The position numbers and the translations under genes are program-made. From a virus (taxonomy: Duplodnaviria > Caudoviricetes): 64,000 bases of DNA. The stretch covers positions 26,600-90,599 of IMG/VR virus record IMGVR_UViG_3300033145_002015; one strand, written 5' to 3'. The notes below the pieces were generated by a model. The model made no database searches. It was not told where the DNA came from and saw only the letters and a list, made by a program, of their open reading frames with translations. This document shows positions 1 to 9,597 of this stretch, one piece after another. The number at the start of each line of letters is the position of its first letter. Within the stretch, counting starts at the first letter, position 1.

Positions 1-69
1 TCGTTGTACGTCGCTTCCAGAGCGACCGCATTATTTCGGGGGATAATGTCGTGCATCACCTCCTCCCCA

Positions 70-267
70 TCAAAGATTAGCAAGTTCCTTCTGTAGCCGA
101 CGCGCAACCGCTTCCGCTACAGACCAGCCGCCGCTTACCTTTTCCTGCTTAGTACATCCGTCGGAAAGCCTGACTACCACCACCCGGTAATCCCATTTTC
201 CGGCACTCATTTGTCCCGAAAGCGGGGTGATGAACGTCCTGAAATCCTTGTCAAATGCGTCGTTCAT
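70..267 (-). CDS. hypothetical protein
   Basis: 65-aa ORF with an SD-like GAGAGG and a promoter (296-324) directly upstream. Confidence 0.55.
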   Translation of the reverse strand: MNDAFDKDFRTFITPLSGQMSAGKWDYRVVVVRLSDGCTKQEKVSGGWSVAEAVARRLQKELANL

Positions 268-295
268 GAAACACCTCTCTCATAGTTTTGGGATA

Positions 296-324
296 AATAT
301 ATACTATAAAGGAAAATAGATCAA
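296..324 (-). promoter_or_regulatory. sigma70-like promoter
   Basis: TTGATC-N17-TATATT preceded by GATTTTTCCC, the same upstream tract seen at the other promoters. Confidence 0.6.
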
Positions 325-340
325 GGGAAAAATCAACTCG

Positions 341-601
341 TCACGATTCCGAATTGAAAAATTCATCCATTGACTCTGCGATCTCATCCCAATCAACTCT
401 ATTCAGGGCGACGCGGATAAGCTCCCGCGGCAATCCAGATATATCCGACAACGTCAGATCTTCGATCATAGAACGAATGCTGTCTGCGTCTTTATCGAGA
501 AAAGAATAGTATCGGTCCCGGTCGGACGTGAGCCATAGATGAACAGTCCACGTCTCCCGGTTTTTCCATCCCTGATAGCCCTCTTCCCGTTCTGCCTTCA
601 T
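341..601 (-). CDS. conserved phage hypothetical protein
   Basis: N-terminal YQGWKNRETWTVHLWL motif recalls a common small phage protein family (GWxNxETW). Confidence 0.6.
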   Translation of the reverse strand: MKAEREEGYQGWKNRETWTVHLWLTSDRDRYYSFLDKDADSIRSMIEDLTLSDISGLPRELIRVALNRVDWDEIAESMDEFFNSES

Positions 602-616
602 CGAACCCCTTCCCCA

Positions 617-1180
617 TCAATGCCTGACGAAAATCACATACTTGTTCCGCAGGCACTTGTGACAATGCACCATGCACTTAATTCTTTTATCTGGATAAGG
701 ACATATTTCCCCGCTCCATCTCCAAGCCAACTCTTCGGCTTCTTCCCTTGTGGATGCCACGTTCTCCCGACCATCCGGCAGGATACTTTCCACCAAAGCG
801 AAATTAGAAAGCATCTTCGGACGATAAGGGCTTTTAGTATAGGCCAAAAACTGCAAGTCCGACCGTCGCATAATTTCGGTCCACTTGTCAGCGTATTCCT
901 GACTGTAGAAATCGCCGGATTCATGGATCCGAAAGTATCGGACTCTCGGCGGAAGTTTTTTGATCCGCTTCACCATGACATCCACGAACCAAGAATGCTG
1001 ACTTGCCCACAAGTTCCGATACCGGGATCGGACCACGCTCCAATATATGTATTCGGCCTTCTTGGCATAACAATATCGAACGCACTCCTCGGTTTTCCCC
1101 GGGCACGTTTTCTCCGCCGGAAGATTGAAGATCGCAACGCTCTCGGGAAGTTTATGGTTCCCTAAAGATATAGTGATCAT
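617..1180 (-). CDS. GP88-like phage protein (Cys-rich)
   Basis: FNLPAEKTCPG..C..YCYA, FRIHESGDFYSQEY and AYTKS motifs match the gene product 88 family; C-terminal CxxCxxC. Confidence 0.7.
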   Translation of the reverse strand: MITISLGNHKLPESVAIFNLPAEKTCPGKTEECVRYCYAKKAEYIYWSVVRSRYRNLWASQHSWFVDVMVKRIKKLPPRVRYFRIHESGDFYSQEYADKWTEIMRRSDLQFLAYTKSPYRPKMLSNFALVESILPDGRENVASTREEAEELAWRWSGEICPYPDKRIKCMVHCHKCLRNKYVIFVRH

Positions 1181-1204
1181 ACTTGAAATAGTAATATCGT
1201 TTTC

Positions 1205-1828
1205 TTAATCGATAATCTGTTCGACATTGACCGGGGTTACCTTCTCGAACGAGAGCTTGCCGCTGCCGTAAATGCAATAGCGGCCTCCCGCTTTACATTT
1301 GACTAGGGCCTTTGGCATTCCGATAAGACGACTGTTTGACGGGAACTGCGCCCGCATAGCCTGATCCGCCGTCGCATAGACATAGAACCCTCCCCTATGT
1401 CCCCGACGTGGAGTTTCCCGTCGCTCTTTAAAAAGGATCCAGGAGGATCCGTCGAATACAGAATACATCCGACCATCTTCCCCCAGAGCGACTATCTTAT
1501 AGGCCACTCCGTCGGGACACTTACGATTCGGTGGACGTCGATCACTCATCCGGGCCTCACCTTTTTCAGCTTCCGCCAGCAATCGGCAGTTATCCTCTCC
1601 TAACTTTTGCACGACTTTTTCGACGTGCTTTCTGGTTCGGCAATGATGGAGAAGGCTGTACGGCCACCTCCGACTAGGTACTCGAATCTTGCGACAGCAG
1701 GAACATTCTTCCGATTCGGAAGGATACCACCTACCATGACGGTCAAAAGTCCCTTCCGGATGCGACGCCCGACTCTTCCGAGCAGCATAAATTCGATCCA
1801 CGAATTCATTATTCTCTTGCCTAGTCAT
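1205..1828 (-). CDS. phage hypothetical protein, probably two domains
   Basis: HPEGTFDRHGRWYP..CSCC..PSRRWPYSLLHHCRT motif (putative metal-binding) followed by a second unrelated region. Confidence 0.6.
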   Translation of the reverse strand: MTRQENNEFVDRIYAARKSRASHPEGTFDRHGRWYPSESEECSCCRKIRVPSRRWPYSLLHHCRTRKHVEKVVQKLGEDNCRLLAEAEKGEARMSDRRPPNRKCPDGVAYKIVALGEDGRMYSVFDGSSWILFKERRETPRRGHRGGFYVYATADQAMRAQFPSNSRLIGMPKALVKCKAGGRYCIYGSGKLSFEKVTPVNVEQIID

Positions 1829-1986
1829 CTTTTTCCTCTTTTTTGAAGCGGTTCACGATTTTTTCGACCACCCATCCTACGAATAGAAATAAAATGGCCG
1901 AAAGTTGGATGACTATCCACCTTTTCGTGATCATCTCTGGATATTCCGCCAAAGCACCACCCCCTTCCCATTCATTTTGGAATAAG

Positions 1987-2015
1987 ATTATATCTTAAAT
2001 GTAAAAGGGGGTCAA
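1987..2015 (-). promoter_or_regulatory. sigma70-like promoter
   Basis: TTGACC-N17-TATAAT preceded by GATTTTTTTTC. Confidence 0.8.
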
Positions 2016-2044
2016 GAAAAAAATCAACTACAGGGCGGGAGGGG

Positions 2045-2058
2045 CGCAATCAATTGCG
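2045..2058. repeat. dispersed palindrome copy 1 (CGCAATCAATTGCG)
   Basis: intergenic; arms extend to GGGGCGCAAT-CA-ATTGCGCCCC at 2041-2062. Confidence 0.9.
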
Positions 2059-2070
2059 CCCCGACTTGGA

Positions 2071-2331
2071 CTATCGAAGTTTCTTGGGGGGAACTAGGGT
2101 GGGCACTATCAACCCGCTTCCGGGGCGGGCGATGCTTGTTTTCCGCAACGATCCGTCTCCTGTTGCTTCTCCGGCAGCAGCCCTTTCAATAAAGAACCTA
2201 CCGACTGCAATCATCGCCTCCGTAAGCAGACGAACGGACTCGTGATATGACGCTGGAAAGTTTTCCAGAACCAACCGCCCATCGCTCATAATAGCTATCC
2301 CGACCTTCTTGATAACCTTCGCCTGCTCCAT
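2071..2331 (-). CDS. hypothetical protein
   Basis: 86-aa ORF with GGAGG SD upstream. Confidence 0.6.
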   Translation of the reverse strand: MEQAKVIKKVGIAIMSDGRLVLENFPASYHESVRLLTEAMIAVGRFFIERAAAGEATGDGSLRKTSIARPGSGLIVPTLVPPKKLR

Positions 2332-2471
2332 AACTAACCTCCTTCGACGTTCCTGTTACCGAAAACAGTAGTAATAACCCTCGAACTAATTTTTAACGCT
2401 CTAAAAATCGACAAGAAATCCAATGAAATGCATAGTAATAACCACCGACTGATTTTTTAACGCTCTTTTTT

Positions 2472-4748
2472 TCAAACGATTCTCGCACGAAAACGCCTCC
2501 GTGCCGGCCTCGCTGATTTGGGTCTATTCTTTCGAGATCGTCGGGAACTACGCTCAGAAGAATCATGCGTTTCCTCCTGCCTGCGTCGGCGGAGAGCTTG
2601 CATCGCCATAACTTCTTCTTCATCAAGAAGCATATCTTGCTCGTTTGAATCAGTGTCTTTTTGCTCTTCCTGTTCTATTTGTTCAGCGTCCGATTGAGCA
2701 GATGTGCTGAGCCATTCCGGAAGCTGAAGATTCAATTCTTTCTGGCTGGCATAAGTAGCTCTGAGTTTGGTGAGATTGTAAACCACCCCGCAAACTGAAT
2801 CAGCCAAGTCTTTGGATCCGTTTGGAGGATGATCCACTTTCGCATTCTCACGATCCAGTTCCAGCTCCCGCAATTCGGATAAGAGAACCGGATGCGGAGG
2901 ATATAATACCCGCTTCTGCCGCAAAGCCAGTTTGAAAGTCATATATGGATCTATGGATCGGTCCACGCTGATTCTTTTCGTAAAGATAGTACTGGTCTTT
3001 CTGACATTTTGCATAAGCTGGGCCGACTCGTATTTATCCATCGAAAGCCAGATGATCGGAATCCCCACCTTAGCCATGGCAAGAACCAGACCCTGAATTT
3101 TCTCAAGATCAATTTCTTCAGTTCGAGGCGGGACGACTTGAAGAATACCATCAATAAAAATGACTGGAGCCTTGATCCCCCGCATCGTTCGATAATTATC
3201 AGTGGCAGGGACATAATGCATGAGTTCGGCCTTGGGATTCAATCCCATCACTCTTCCGACAGCAATGCCGACGCTATTGGCAGTCAGAGCGGAATCGATA
3301 TGAATTGCGAATTCCGGTTCCCGCGTGAATCCGTGTGCGATCCAATTACGGATAAAAGTATCCACGTACTCATAATTGATTAACTGATCCAGATCGGTGC
3401 TGGAAATTTTATCCAAATCAATAGCATCATCGGTAAATAATTGCATCGGTTCCGGAACAATTCTTCTGTACGCAGTTATCGGCCATGTAATCCATTCACG
3501 ACTCGGGATAAATTGATGCCTTCGCACCCTCGGAATACCTGCAATATCTCGCAGGGCGGCGTCCATATCCTGTTCAAAATCCTGTTTATGCTCGATTGGA
3601 ACTTCAATTACATTCGATGGATCATCCGCTTCATCCATGGAGTTGATGATTCTGGCCTGTTTTCGCTCGTCTCCCAGATCGATCAGAAACATTTTTCCGG
3701 AATATCGTCTGGAATCCAGCCTCCCGTCATCATATCGAAACGCTTCCCATTGAGGCATTGAAATATAAAGTACGGTTGGATTATTTTTGGCTTCAATTTC
3801 TTTCTGAGATGTGAAATCCCCAGGGTAATTGGCCGAAGAAACCAAAAATAATTTCCCCGGAAGGGTCCCCCCGGACTGTAAAAATCTCGATTTCATCCTG
3901 CGGAGGATGGTCAAATACAATTCTTTCGCCTTATCGTATTCATCTTCACCTCTTAATTCGGCCAATTTTGATTTTCTGGACCTTGCCATAAAATTTATTT
4001 CGTCAATACAGGCTGCAATTATGTTCATTCCCAGAGCAGAAGTGTCGCTTCCGCTTATTGGAAGGACGGAAATGTTATTTGGGAAGTGTAATTCAGTCGT
4101 AAAAGAAGGATCATACGGAAAAACGGACTTAAAATACGGGGAATTGATTATTTTTTCTCGAAAAGAGGAGAATAAAACCTTTTTTGCTAGAGTCAAGGTG
4201 ATTGATTGAAACGTCAAAACGATTGAAGATCCCGGAGCCAGGCCGAATTCAATTTGCGGATTATGATAACAGGACAGCAAATATAAGAAATATCCCATGG
4301 AAAGGTCGATTGTATAGTTCTTTCCCCATCCAATACTCCCAGAAAGCACAACCTCAATATACTGATTGGACTGAAAAATCTTATTTATTGCCCTTAAAAC
4401 ACCTGGTCGGACTGCATCGGCCTGCCCCATATACTCAGGGGAACAGATAAACTCTTCCACCGAAACCGGTTGTCTGGCAAAACCACGATTTTGATAAAGA
4501 TAATCTGGATTGCTGGTCCTGATACTCGCAATCCAATTCTGATAAAAATCAATGATGTCTGCGACCCTGAAGTACCGCTTCCCGTTTTTTGTCCTCGATT
4601 CGACGGAGAAAATTACCCGTTCCATTTCCATCTGAAGACCTGCGGCCTCCCTGTGCGAAAGCTGCAGTTCTTCATTGGCGAGACGAACCAGATAATCCCG
4701 CACGGATTCTTCGGAAATCCAAGAATCTCGTTGAGCTTTATTCGTCAT
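2472..4748 (-). CDS. terL: terminase large subunit
   Basis: Walker A-like SGSIGWGKNY, Walker B CIDEINF, RNase H nuclease motifs IHIDSALT and KVDHPPNGSKDLADSVCG; N-terminal PVSVEEFICSPEYMG typical of large-phage TerL. Confidence 0.9.
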   Translation of the reverse strand: MTNKAQRDSWISEESVRDYLVRLANEELQLSHREAAGLQMEMERVIFSVESRTKNGKRYFRVADIIDFYQNWIASIRTSNPDYLYQNRGFARQPVSVEEFICSPEYMGQADAVRPGVLRAINKIFQSNQYIEVVLSGSIGWGKNYTIDLSMGYFLYLLSCYHNPQIEFGLAPGSSIVLTFQSITLTLAKKVLFSSFREKIINSPYFKSVFPYDPSFTTELHFPNNISVLPISGSDTSALGMNIIAACIDEINFMARSRKSKLAELRGEDEYDKAKELYLTILRRMKSRFLQSGGTLPGKLFLVSSANYPGDFTSQKEIEAKNNPTVLYISMPQWEAFRYDDGRLDSRRYSGKMFLIDLGDERKQARIINSMDEADDPSNVIEVPIEHKQDFEQDMDAALRDIAGIPRVRRHQFIPSREWITWPITAYRRIVPEPMQLFTDDAIDLDKISSTDLDQLINYEYVDTFIRNWIAHGFTREPEFAIHIDSALTANSVGIAVGRVMGLNPKAELMHYVPATDNYRTMRGIKAPVIFIDGILQVVPPRTEEIDLEKIQGLVLAMAKVGIPIIWLSMDKYESAQLMQNVRKTSTIFTKRISVDRSIDPYMTFKLALRQKRVLYPPHPVLLSELRELELDRENAKVDHPPNGSKDLADSVCGVVYNLTKLRATYASQKELNLQLPEWLSTSAQSDAEQIEQEEQKDTDSNEQDMLLDEEEVMAMQALRRRRQEETHDSSERSSRRSRKNRPKSARPARRRFRARIV

Positions 4749-5520
4749 CGAGTTCCACTACCTCAAAGACACCTTCCTGATTCTTCAATGTGTCTAAAAA
4801 CTTCTCGGATGCCGTCAACATCCGATCCATTCCAACAGATGTATCTATCTTCCGCCGGTGCATTTCCAGTCCCTGTTTGGCGAAACCGATATTCAATTGA
4901 TACGGCTGCCTCGGATAAATTCCAAGCTCAATAGAATACTTCAGATAGGTGTCAACCAGTTCATTCAATACTTTCAATTCTTTATTGAGACCTTTAATTG
5001 GAACGCCTCCCCCGAGGCTCTGCTCTCGTTGATAAAATCCATCAATACGCTGGATTTGAATTTTGATTGCCTTACTCAGAGTATCCAAACCATCCACACG
5101 CTCTACGATTTTATCTACGATTTCCCGCTTCTTTGCCGTCCATTCGGCCAGCTCGGGCACGCTTTCAGCCTGGCCGAGAAGTCCTCCGAGTCTAGCCTCA
5201 TATGCCATGATGGCTCTGGACACATGCCAAATCGTTAGATCAGTCAGCTTGCCAAAATCTTTCTGGATTTTATGGGCCAGTTCTTCATAGACAGGCTTGC
5301 CTCGTTGCTTTGCGCTCTTGAGACGTGCGGCTACCTGAAGCAATTCTTCGTCACCCAGCGCATCGAGAATACTTACGACACGTGCTCTCGATCCATCGGG
5401 GTTATACCGCATGGCTTTGCGAAGTTTGTAAAGAATTCCATTCCTGACTGCCCTATCCACGACCAGATCGGAAACTTGCCCGGTTTCTTCGACTGTTTGA
5501 AGCAATTCGTTTGATTCCAT
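4738..5520 (-). CDS. putative terminase small subunit
   Basis: helical 260-aa protein immediately upstream of and overlapping terL; assignment is positional only. Confidence 0.45.
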   Translation of the reverse strand: MESNELLQTVEETGQVSDLVVDRAVRNGILYKLRKAMRYNPDGSRARVVSILDALGDEELLQVAARLKSAKQRGKPVYEELAHKIQKDFGKLTDLTIWHVSRAIMAYEARLGGLLGQAESVPELAEWTAKKREIVDKIVERVDGLDTLSKAIKIQIQRIDGFYQREQSLGGGVPIKGLNKELKVLNELVDTYLKYSIELGIYPRQPYQLNIGFAKQGLEMHRRKIDTSVGMDRMLTASEKFLDTLKNQEGVFEVVELDDE

Positions 5521-5526
5521 AGGTTA

Positions 5527-6456
5527 CTATTGCCCTGCCGTTTCTTCCAGTCGATCCAAAAACTCTTGATTCAATTCCAAGTCCAAAGTTTTAGGTTCTG
5601 GTGTGTCGAGTTGATCTTTGAATTGCGTGATGAACTTCTCGGTCAATCCTTTTTTAATCAGAAGGCGAATCGCTGAAGATACAGTCACTTCATGCTGTTG
5701 GCAGAGAAGAAACTTTTCCTTGATAAGTTTGAAATCGGATGCCTTTTCCAGACGCACCCATAAATGCTGCTTCCCGCCAAAGTCGAAAATCATATAGTTA
5801 TAATCAAGACTGTCGCCATACTTTGAAAACAGCTTATTAAGAATCCGAGTCAGATCTTCCACCGATTTGATCTCGTGCTTAATCGCATCGAATTCCTTTT
5901 TGATCTTTCCTTCCAATCCAGCCGAGACATCCTCAACCAAGGATTCAAATTCCCTCGGCTCAGGAAAGGCCATGTTGTGTTCGATGTCAGGAATTGAGTA
6001 CCCCATATCCAGCAATTCCTGCACCAAAACCTGAAATTTCTTTTTATTGAGTTGCCCACGAAGGCGGTTCATTCTGACAGTCTGGAATCGTTGTTTCGTC
6101 TCATCAATATCTTCTTTGATGATGCATGGAATTTCAGTCGCATCGGTAAATAATTTAAGCCCTTGATACCGCTGCTCCCCATCAATGATTCGATACTTCC
6201 CGGTAGGAGTCCCGTCTGATCCTTTAATCGGAGTCACGAGAATCGGCTGAGCCATGCCGAGTTCATTCAGATTATCCACCAAGAAGTTGAACAAATCTTC
6301 CGACATTTCTGATGGATTCCATTCATTTGGAACCACATCATCAATGGGAAGCATCTTATATGGAAGATGCTCTACATGCTTCAACTCAATTTGTTCTTCT
6401 TCAGCCTGATTCTTGCTGATCTTTGCGTCTTCAGTTTGTTTCTTTTTTCGAGGCAT
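5527..6456 (-). CDS. ParB/Sulfiredoxin N-terminal domain protein
   Basis: VVPNEWNPSEM, GMAQPILV and YRIIDGEQRY ParB-N motifs; HTH-like LLDMGYSIPDIEHNM downstream. Confidence 0.85.
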   Translation of the reverse strand: MPRKKKQTEDAKISKNQAEEEQIELKHVEHLPYKMLPIDDVVPNEWNPSEMSEDLFNFLVDNLNELGMAQPILVTPIKGSDGTPTGKYRIIDGEQRYQGLKLFTDATEIPCIIKEDIDETKQRFQTVRMNRLRGQLNKKKFQVLVQELLDMGYSIPDIEHNMAFPEPREFESLVEDVSAGLEGKIKKEFDAIKHEIKSVEDLTRILNKLFSKYGDSLDYNYMIFDFGGKQHLWVRLEKASDFKLIKEKFLLCQQHEVTVSSAIRLLIKKGLTEKFITQFKDQLDTPEPKTLDLELNQEFLDRLEETAGQ

Positions 6457-7951
6457 TGCGATTTCCTTTCTTCTTCGATTCGGGCCAGATCAATCTGGGC
6501 ACCGGAGAATCATAAGTATCTTGCCACCCTGCTCTCAACAGATCCACATAAACAGCGTAAAGAGCTGGTGCTCGCACCGTTCCTTCTTCATCGAATTTGA
6601 TCGTTCTCCCGATCTTCTTAAGTTGATGTCGAAAAGTTCCAAGATCAATATCCTTTCCTTCTTCTTTATAGGCATCCGCAAGCCGGAACATGGAATTGCG
6701 GAACGACCCAAACTTTGATTTCGTTACAGGCCCATTGGCCGGAGCGATGGGACATCCCGCTGTTCTGAATAGCTCCACCGCCCGCTTGATTCTTTTCCAT
6801 TCTCGATCAAGCACAGCGGAACTGCTCTTATTCTGTTCGATCCAATTGCGTATCCATGACGATTGCTTGATGGCTTCATCATAATTCTTGTAGAAGTAGG
6901 TCAAAATCCGTAGCGCATCTGCTTTGTTCTTGTAGAACCAAGGAAAGTTGTCGGGAAGTACCGCCCTCGCCCATGGCCGATCAGGAAAGAGCACCAATCC
7001 ATTGAGAACATAAAGCTGCTCGATAAAACCCTTCGGTTCTCCTTCAGTCACTGAAGAACAAATGGCACAATGCGCTCTTGGCATGATCTTCAGATAACGT
7101 TCTTTGTCGCAGTTTTTCACGAATAGTTTCAAAAAGTTTTTCCGTCGATCAAAATCGGGAATAGTGGACTTGGAAAGCGTATCCTTCGGCTGAGTGATAT
7201 AGCAGTCAACATCTCTCCCCATTTTTGTCAGCATTTCCATGAGCCAAAACGCTTCTTTGGCATTTTTGGCCCAGTTGAGACGGGCACCGAATAGAATTGA
7301 AAATCGCTTAAATTTGGGCGGCTGTTGGGCGACAATACGCTTCAGGCTTTCTACATCAATACCTCTCCCCGCCACCATGACATTCTTATCGTAGTTTTTA
7401 AGCATCGTTGCTGAAACGTGGCGACGCAAGAAATCACGAATGCGTTTGTTGTCATGCTCATTCATCACCCATACGTATGAATATGCATATGACATCGCAC
7501 GCATCAGTCTTTCTGCCAACGGGAATGGATAATCAGAATCCACCCGCCAAGGCACCGGATCGTGGCTGAAAATCGGGATCGATCCACGCCTTCGCATATC
7601 ATTGATGGCTGTGGCCATCATGACCTGGCACGGAATCCTGGAAGCTATAATCGCATCCACCTGATACTTCCCGACACCAGTACCGAACATAGACCTCCAC
7701 AAAGGCATATTAATATTCATGCTGTCTCTGTGGAAATCAATCAAATCTTCTCGAAGCCCTATGAAATGAGTATTTTTGGAAAGATCGCTGAGAAGTTCTC
7801 TTCCCTGATCAATCAAACCGATAGGCAGCAGAATATAGAAGAAACAAGGATGCTTGGCTGAATAATATCGCATGAGACTGGCGTAATGATGCCAGTCGGA
7901 ATCTCCATTCAGATTATTGATTCCAATGATCGGAACAATTAGAAGTCTCAT
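6431..7951 (-). CDS. GT-B fold glycosyltransferase (GT4-like)
   Basis: N-terminal MRLLIV beta strand; C-terminal Rossmann domain with ILFGARLNWAKN and CSSVTEGEPKGFIEQLY donor-binding motif. Confidence 0.7.
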   Translation of the reverse strand: MRLLIVPIIGINNLNGDSDWHHYASLMRYYSAKHPCFFYILLPIGLIDQGRELLSDLSKNTHFIGLREDLIDFHRDSMNINMPLWRSMFGTGVGKYQVDAIIASRIPCQVMMATAINDMRRRGSIPIFSHDPVPWRVDSDYPFPLAERLMRAMSYAYSYVWVMNEHDNKRIRDFLRRHVSATMLKNYDKNVMVAGRGIDVESLKRIVAQQPPKFKRFSILFGARLNWAKNAKEAFWLMEMLTKMGRDVDCYITQPKDTLSKSTIPDFDRRKNFLKLFVKNCDKERYLKIMPRAHCAICSSVTEGEPKGFIEQLYVLNGLVLFPDRPWARAVLPDNFPWFYKNKADALRILTYFYKNYDEAIKQSSWIRNWIEQNKSSSAVLDREWKRIKRAVELFRTAGCPIAPANGPVTKSKFGSFRNSMFRLADAYKEEGKDIDLGTFRHQLKKIGRTIKFDEEGTVRAPALYAVYVDLLRAGWQDTYDSPVPRLIWPESKKKGNRNASKKETN

Positions 7952-8334
7952 ATAGATTTCCTCTTCCGACGAAGGAGCTTTCTAGACATCCGCTTCGATT
8001 TTTCGGGTCCATCGGGCATGATTTTAGGCATCAATTCCAATGTTATTTGTAGACGTTCCGGATATAACATTCTGTAATTGCAATTACCCATATTGTGATC
8101 AGCATATACGTCACTTGGAGAAGAGGGTATATACGTAACATCGGACACTCTAACAATATCATAGGCGTCAAAAAGTCGAAATATCTCGTTCTTAACATCA
8201 ATCTGGCTTAAAAGACGGTTTGGGGCATCAAAATTCATGGGTTTTCTCAGAACTCCTTTTTTGGCGAAGCACCTTCCTGATATGTCTTTCGCCAGAATTT
8301 GATTTCTTCGATTCCATGCCACAATCAACGCCAA
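7948..8334 (-). CDS. hypothetical protein (paralogue of 8228-8554)
   Basis: C-terminal LQITLELMPKI...basic tail; start uncertain. Confidence 0.5.
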   Translation of the reverse strand: MALIVAWNRRNQILAKDISGRCFAKKGVLRKPMNFDAPNRLLSQIDVKNEIFRLFDAYDIVRVSDVTYIPSSPSDVYADHNMGNCNYRMLYPERLQITLELMPKIMPDGPEKSKRMSRKLLRRKRKSI

Positions 8335-8554
8335 TTCTCGGAATCAATCGCAGTGTAAGTGTGAACCTTCCAGAAAGTGGCACTTTGCGATTGTACCCAG
8401 CACTACCATCCGGCACATCTATTAGATCATTTTTTCTGGAGATCTCCGTAATATCGCATTGATCTAGAAGATCCCGCACCATTTTTTTGACCTCGGCTTG
8501 ATACATATTCCAACTACAATCTGTACTCACCCCGATGTGGCAGTATTCAGTCAT
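8228..8554 (-). CDS. hypothetical protein (paralogue of 7948-8334)
   Basis: C-terminal FTLTLRLIPRI...basic tail; start overlaps the stop of the upstream gene. Confidence 0.55.
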   Translation of the reverse strand: MTEYCHIGVSTDCSWNMYQAEVKKMVRDLLDQCDITEISRKNDLIDVPDGSAGYNRKVPLSGRFTLTLRLIPRIGVDCGMESKKSNSGERHIRKVLRQKRSSEKTHEF

Positions 8555-9534
8555 GCTTTCCCCTCAAGCAGCACAGTGACTCCAGATTCGTTTGCCCTCC
8601 GAACGATCTCCTCCAGAATCACAGAGCGTTGCTTTGTATAATACAAATCTCCACTGCGATTTTCAAGATTCTTCTGTAGAATCGTGCGGAAGAAACAGCC
8701 GTTCTGAGTCGGAAATGTCTGAAAAGACTCGAAAATAAACCATTTGAATGCTAGAGCATCGTATGTTGTATTCAATCGCCTCGCTGCCCTATACAAAGCC
8801 GTCTTCCCGATTCGAGTATGCTGGTCATATGCCCAATAGGGCAGAATCCGCTTCCCCCGTACCAGAGCAGTTTCTTTGTTGAAATCAGTCTTCGGAGGAG
8901 TCATATGCGGCATTTCATGATATTCGGTAATGGCCAGTATGGCCGCTGCCAGAAACTTATCTTCTTCATGAGGCATTCCATTCATAAAATATCGATATCT
9001 CGCCGCTCTGACAGTATGCTTCACGAATGGATGTTCAGATGCCTTCTTCTCGGCGGCAGTCGTTAAAAGATCCCATGCTTCCCTGGCTTCTTTTTTCCCT
9101 TCAAAACAAGTAGTATATAGCTTTCGCATCGCCTTGAACTGTTTCTGCTTCAAGGCAGGCCACTTCTTCATCTCCCGCTCTGTCACTCTGGAATCCGGGC
9201 GGTCCCACATCAAGACACCAAGAGCAGCGGCGTCTTGATTCTTGAAAGAAAGCACCAATCGCTTCCCCGCTTTGAATAGAATCTTCCTTGCGGCTTCCTT
9301 TGCATCAGGAGTCGCATGCTTTCGGAGACCAGGAGCGGCCTTAGTGTAGGCATCAATCGTATCCCCCAAAAGAGGCCACACTTCCTCACATGCGTAAACC
9401 GGCATTCTTCGATGCAGAAATGCTGGATCCACGTCCCAAATTACGTCAAAGGCTTCCTCGAAAAGAGGAAGATCAGATCTCCGAATCGCCTTCTGGATGG
9501 CGGATCGGCATCCCCAGTAGTACTCTTCGTCCAT
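8551..9534 (-). CDS. stand-alone RarA/MgsA C-terminal-like helical protein
   Basis: SAIQKAIRRSD motif and WAYDQHTRIGK motif; no Walker A/B. Confidence 0.6.
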   Translation of the reverse strand: MDEEYYWGCRSAIQKAIRRSDLPLFEEAFDVIWDVDPAFLHRRMPVYACEEVWPLLGDTIDAYTKAAPGLRKHATPDAKEAARKILFKAGKRLVLSFKNQDAAALGVLMWDRPDSRVTEREMKKWPALKQKQFKAMRKLYTTCFEGKKEAREAWDLLTTAAEKKASEHPFVKHTVRAARYRYFMNGMPHEEDKFLAAAILAITEYHEMPHMTPPKTDFNKETALVRGKRILPYWAYDQHTRIGKTALYRAARRLNTTYDALAFKWFIFESFQTFPTQNGCFFRTILQKNLENRSGDLYYTKQRSVILEEIVRRANESGVTVLLEGKA

Positions 9535-9568
9535 GATTCTCCCCCAAGACTATTTTTATTTTGGAGGT

Positions 9569-9597
9569 ATTCTATACGAAACAAAAGGATGTGTCAA
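9569..9597 (-). promoter_or_regulatory. sigma70-like promoter
   Basis: TTGACA-N17-TAGAAT preceded by GATTTCTTC. Confidence 0.8.
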
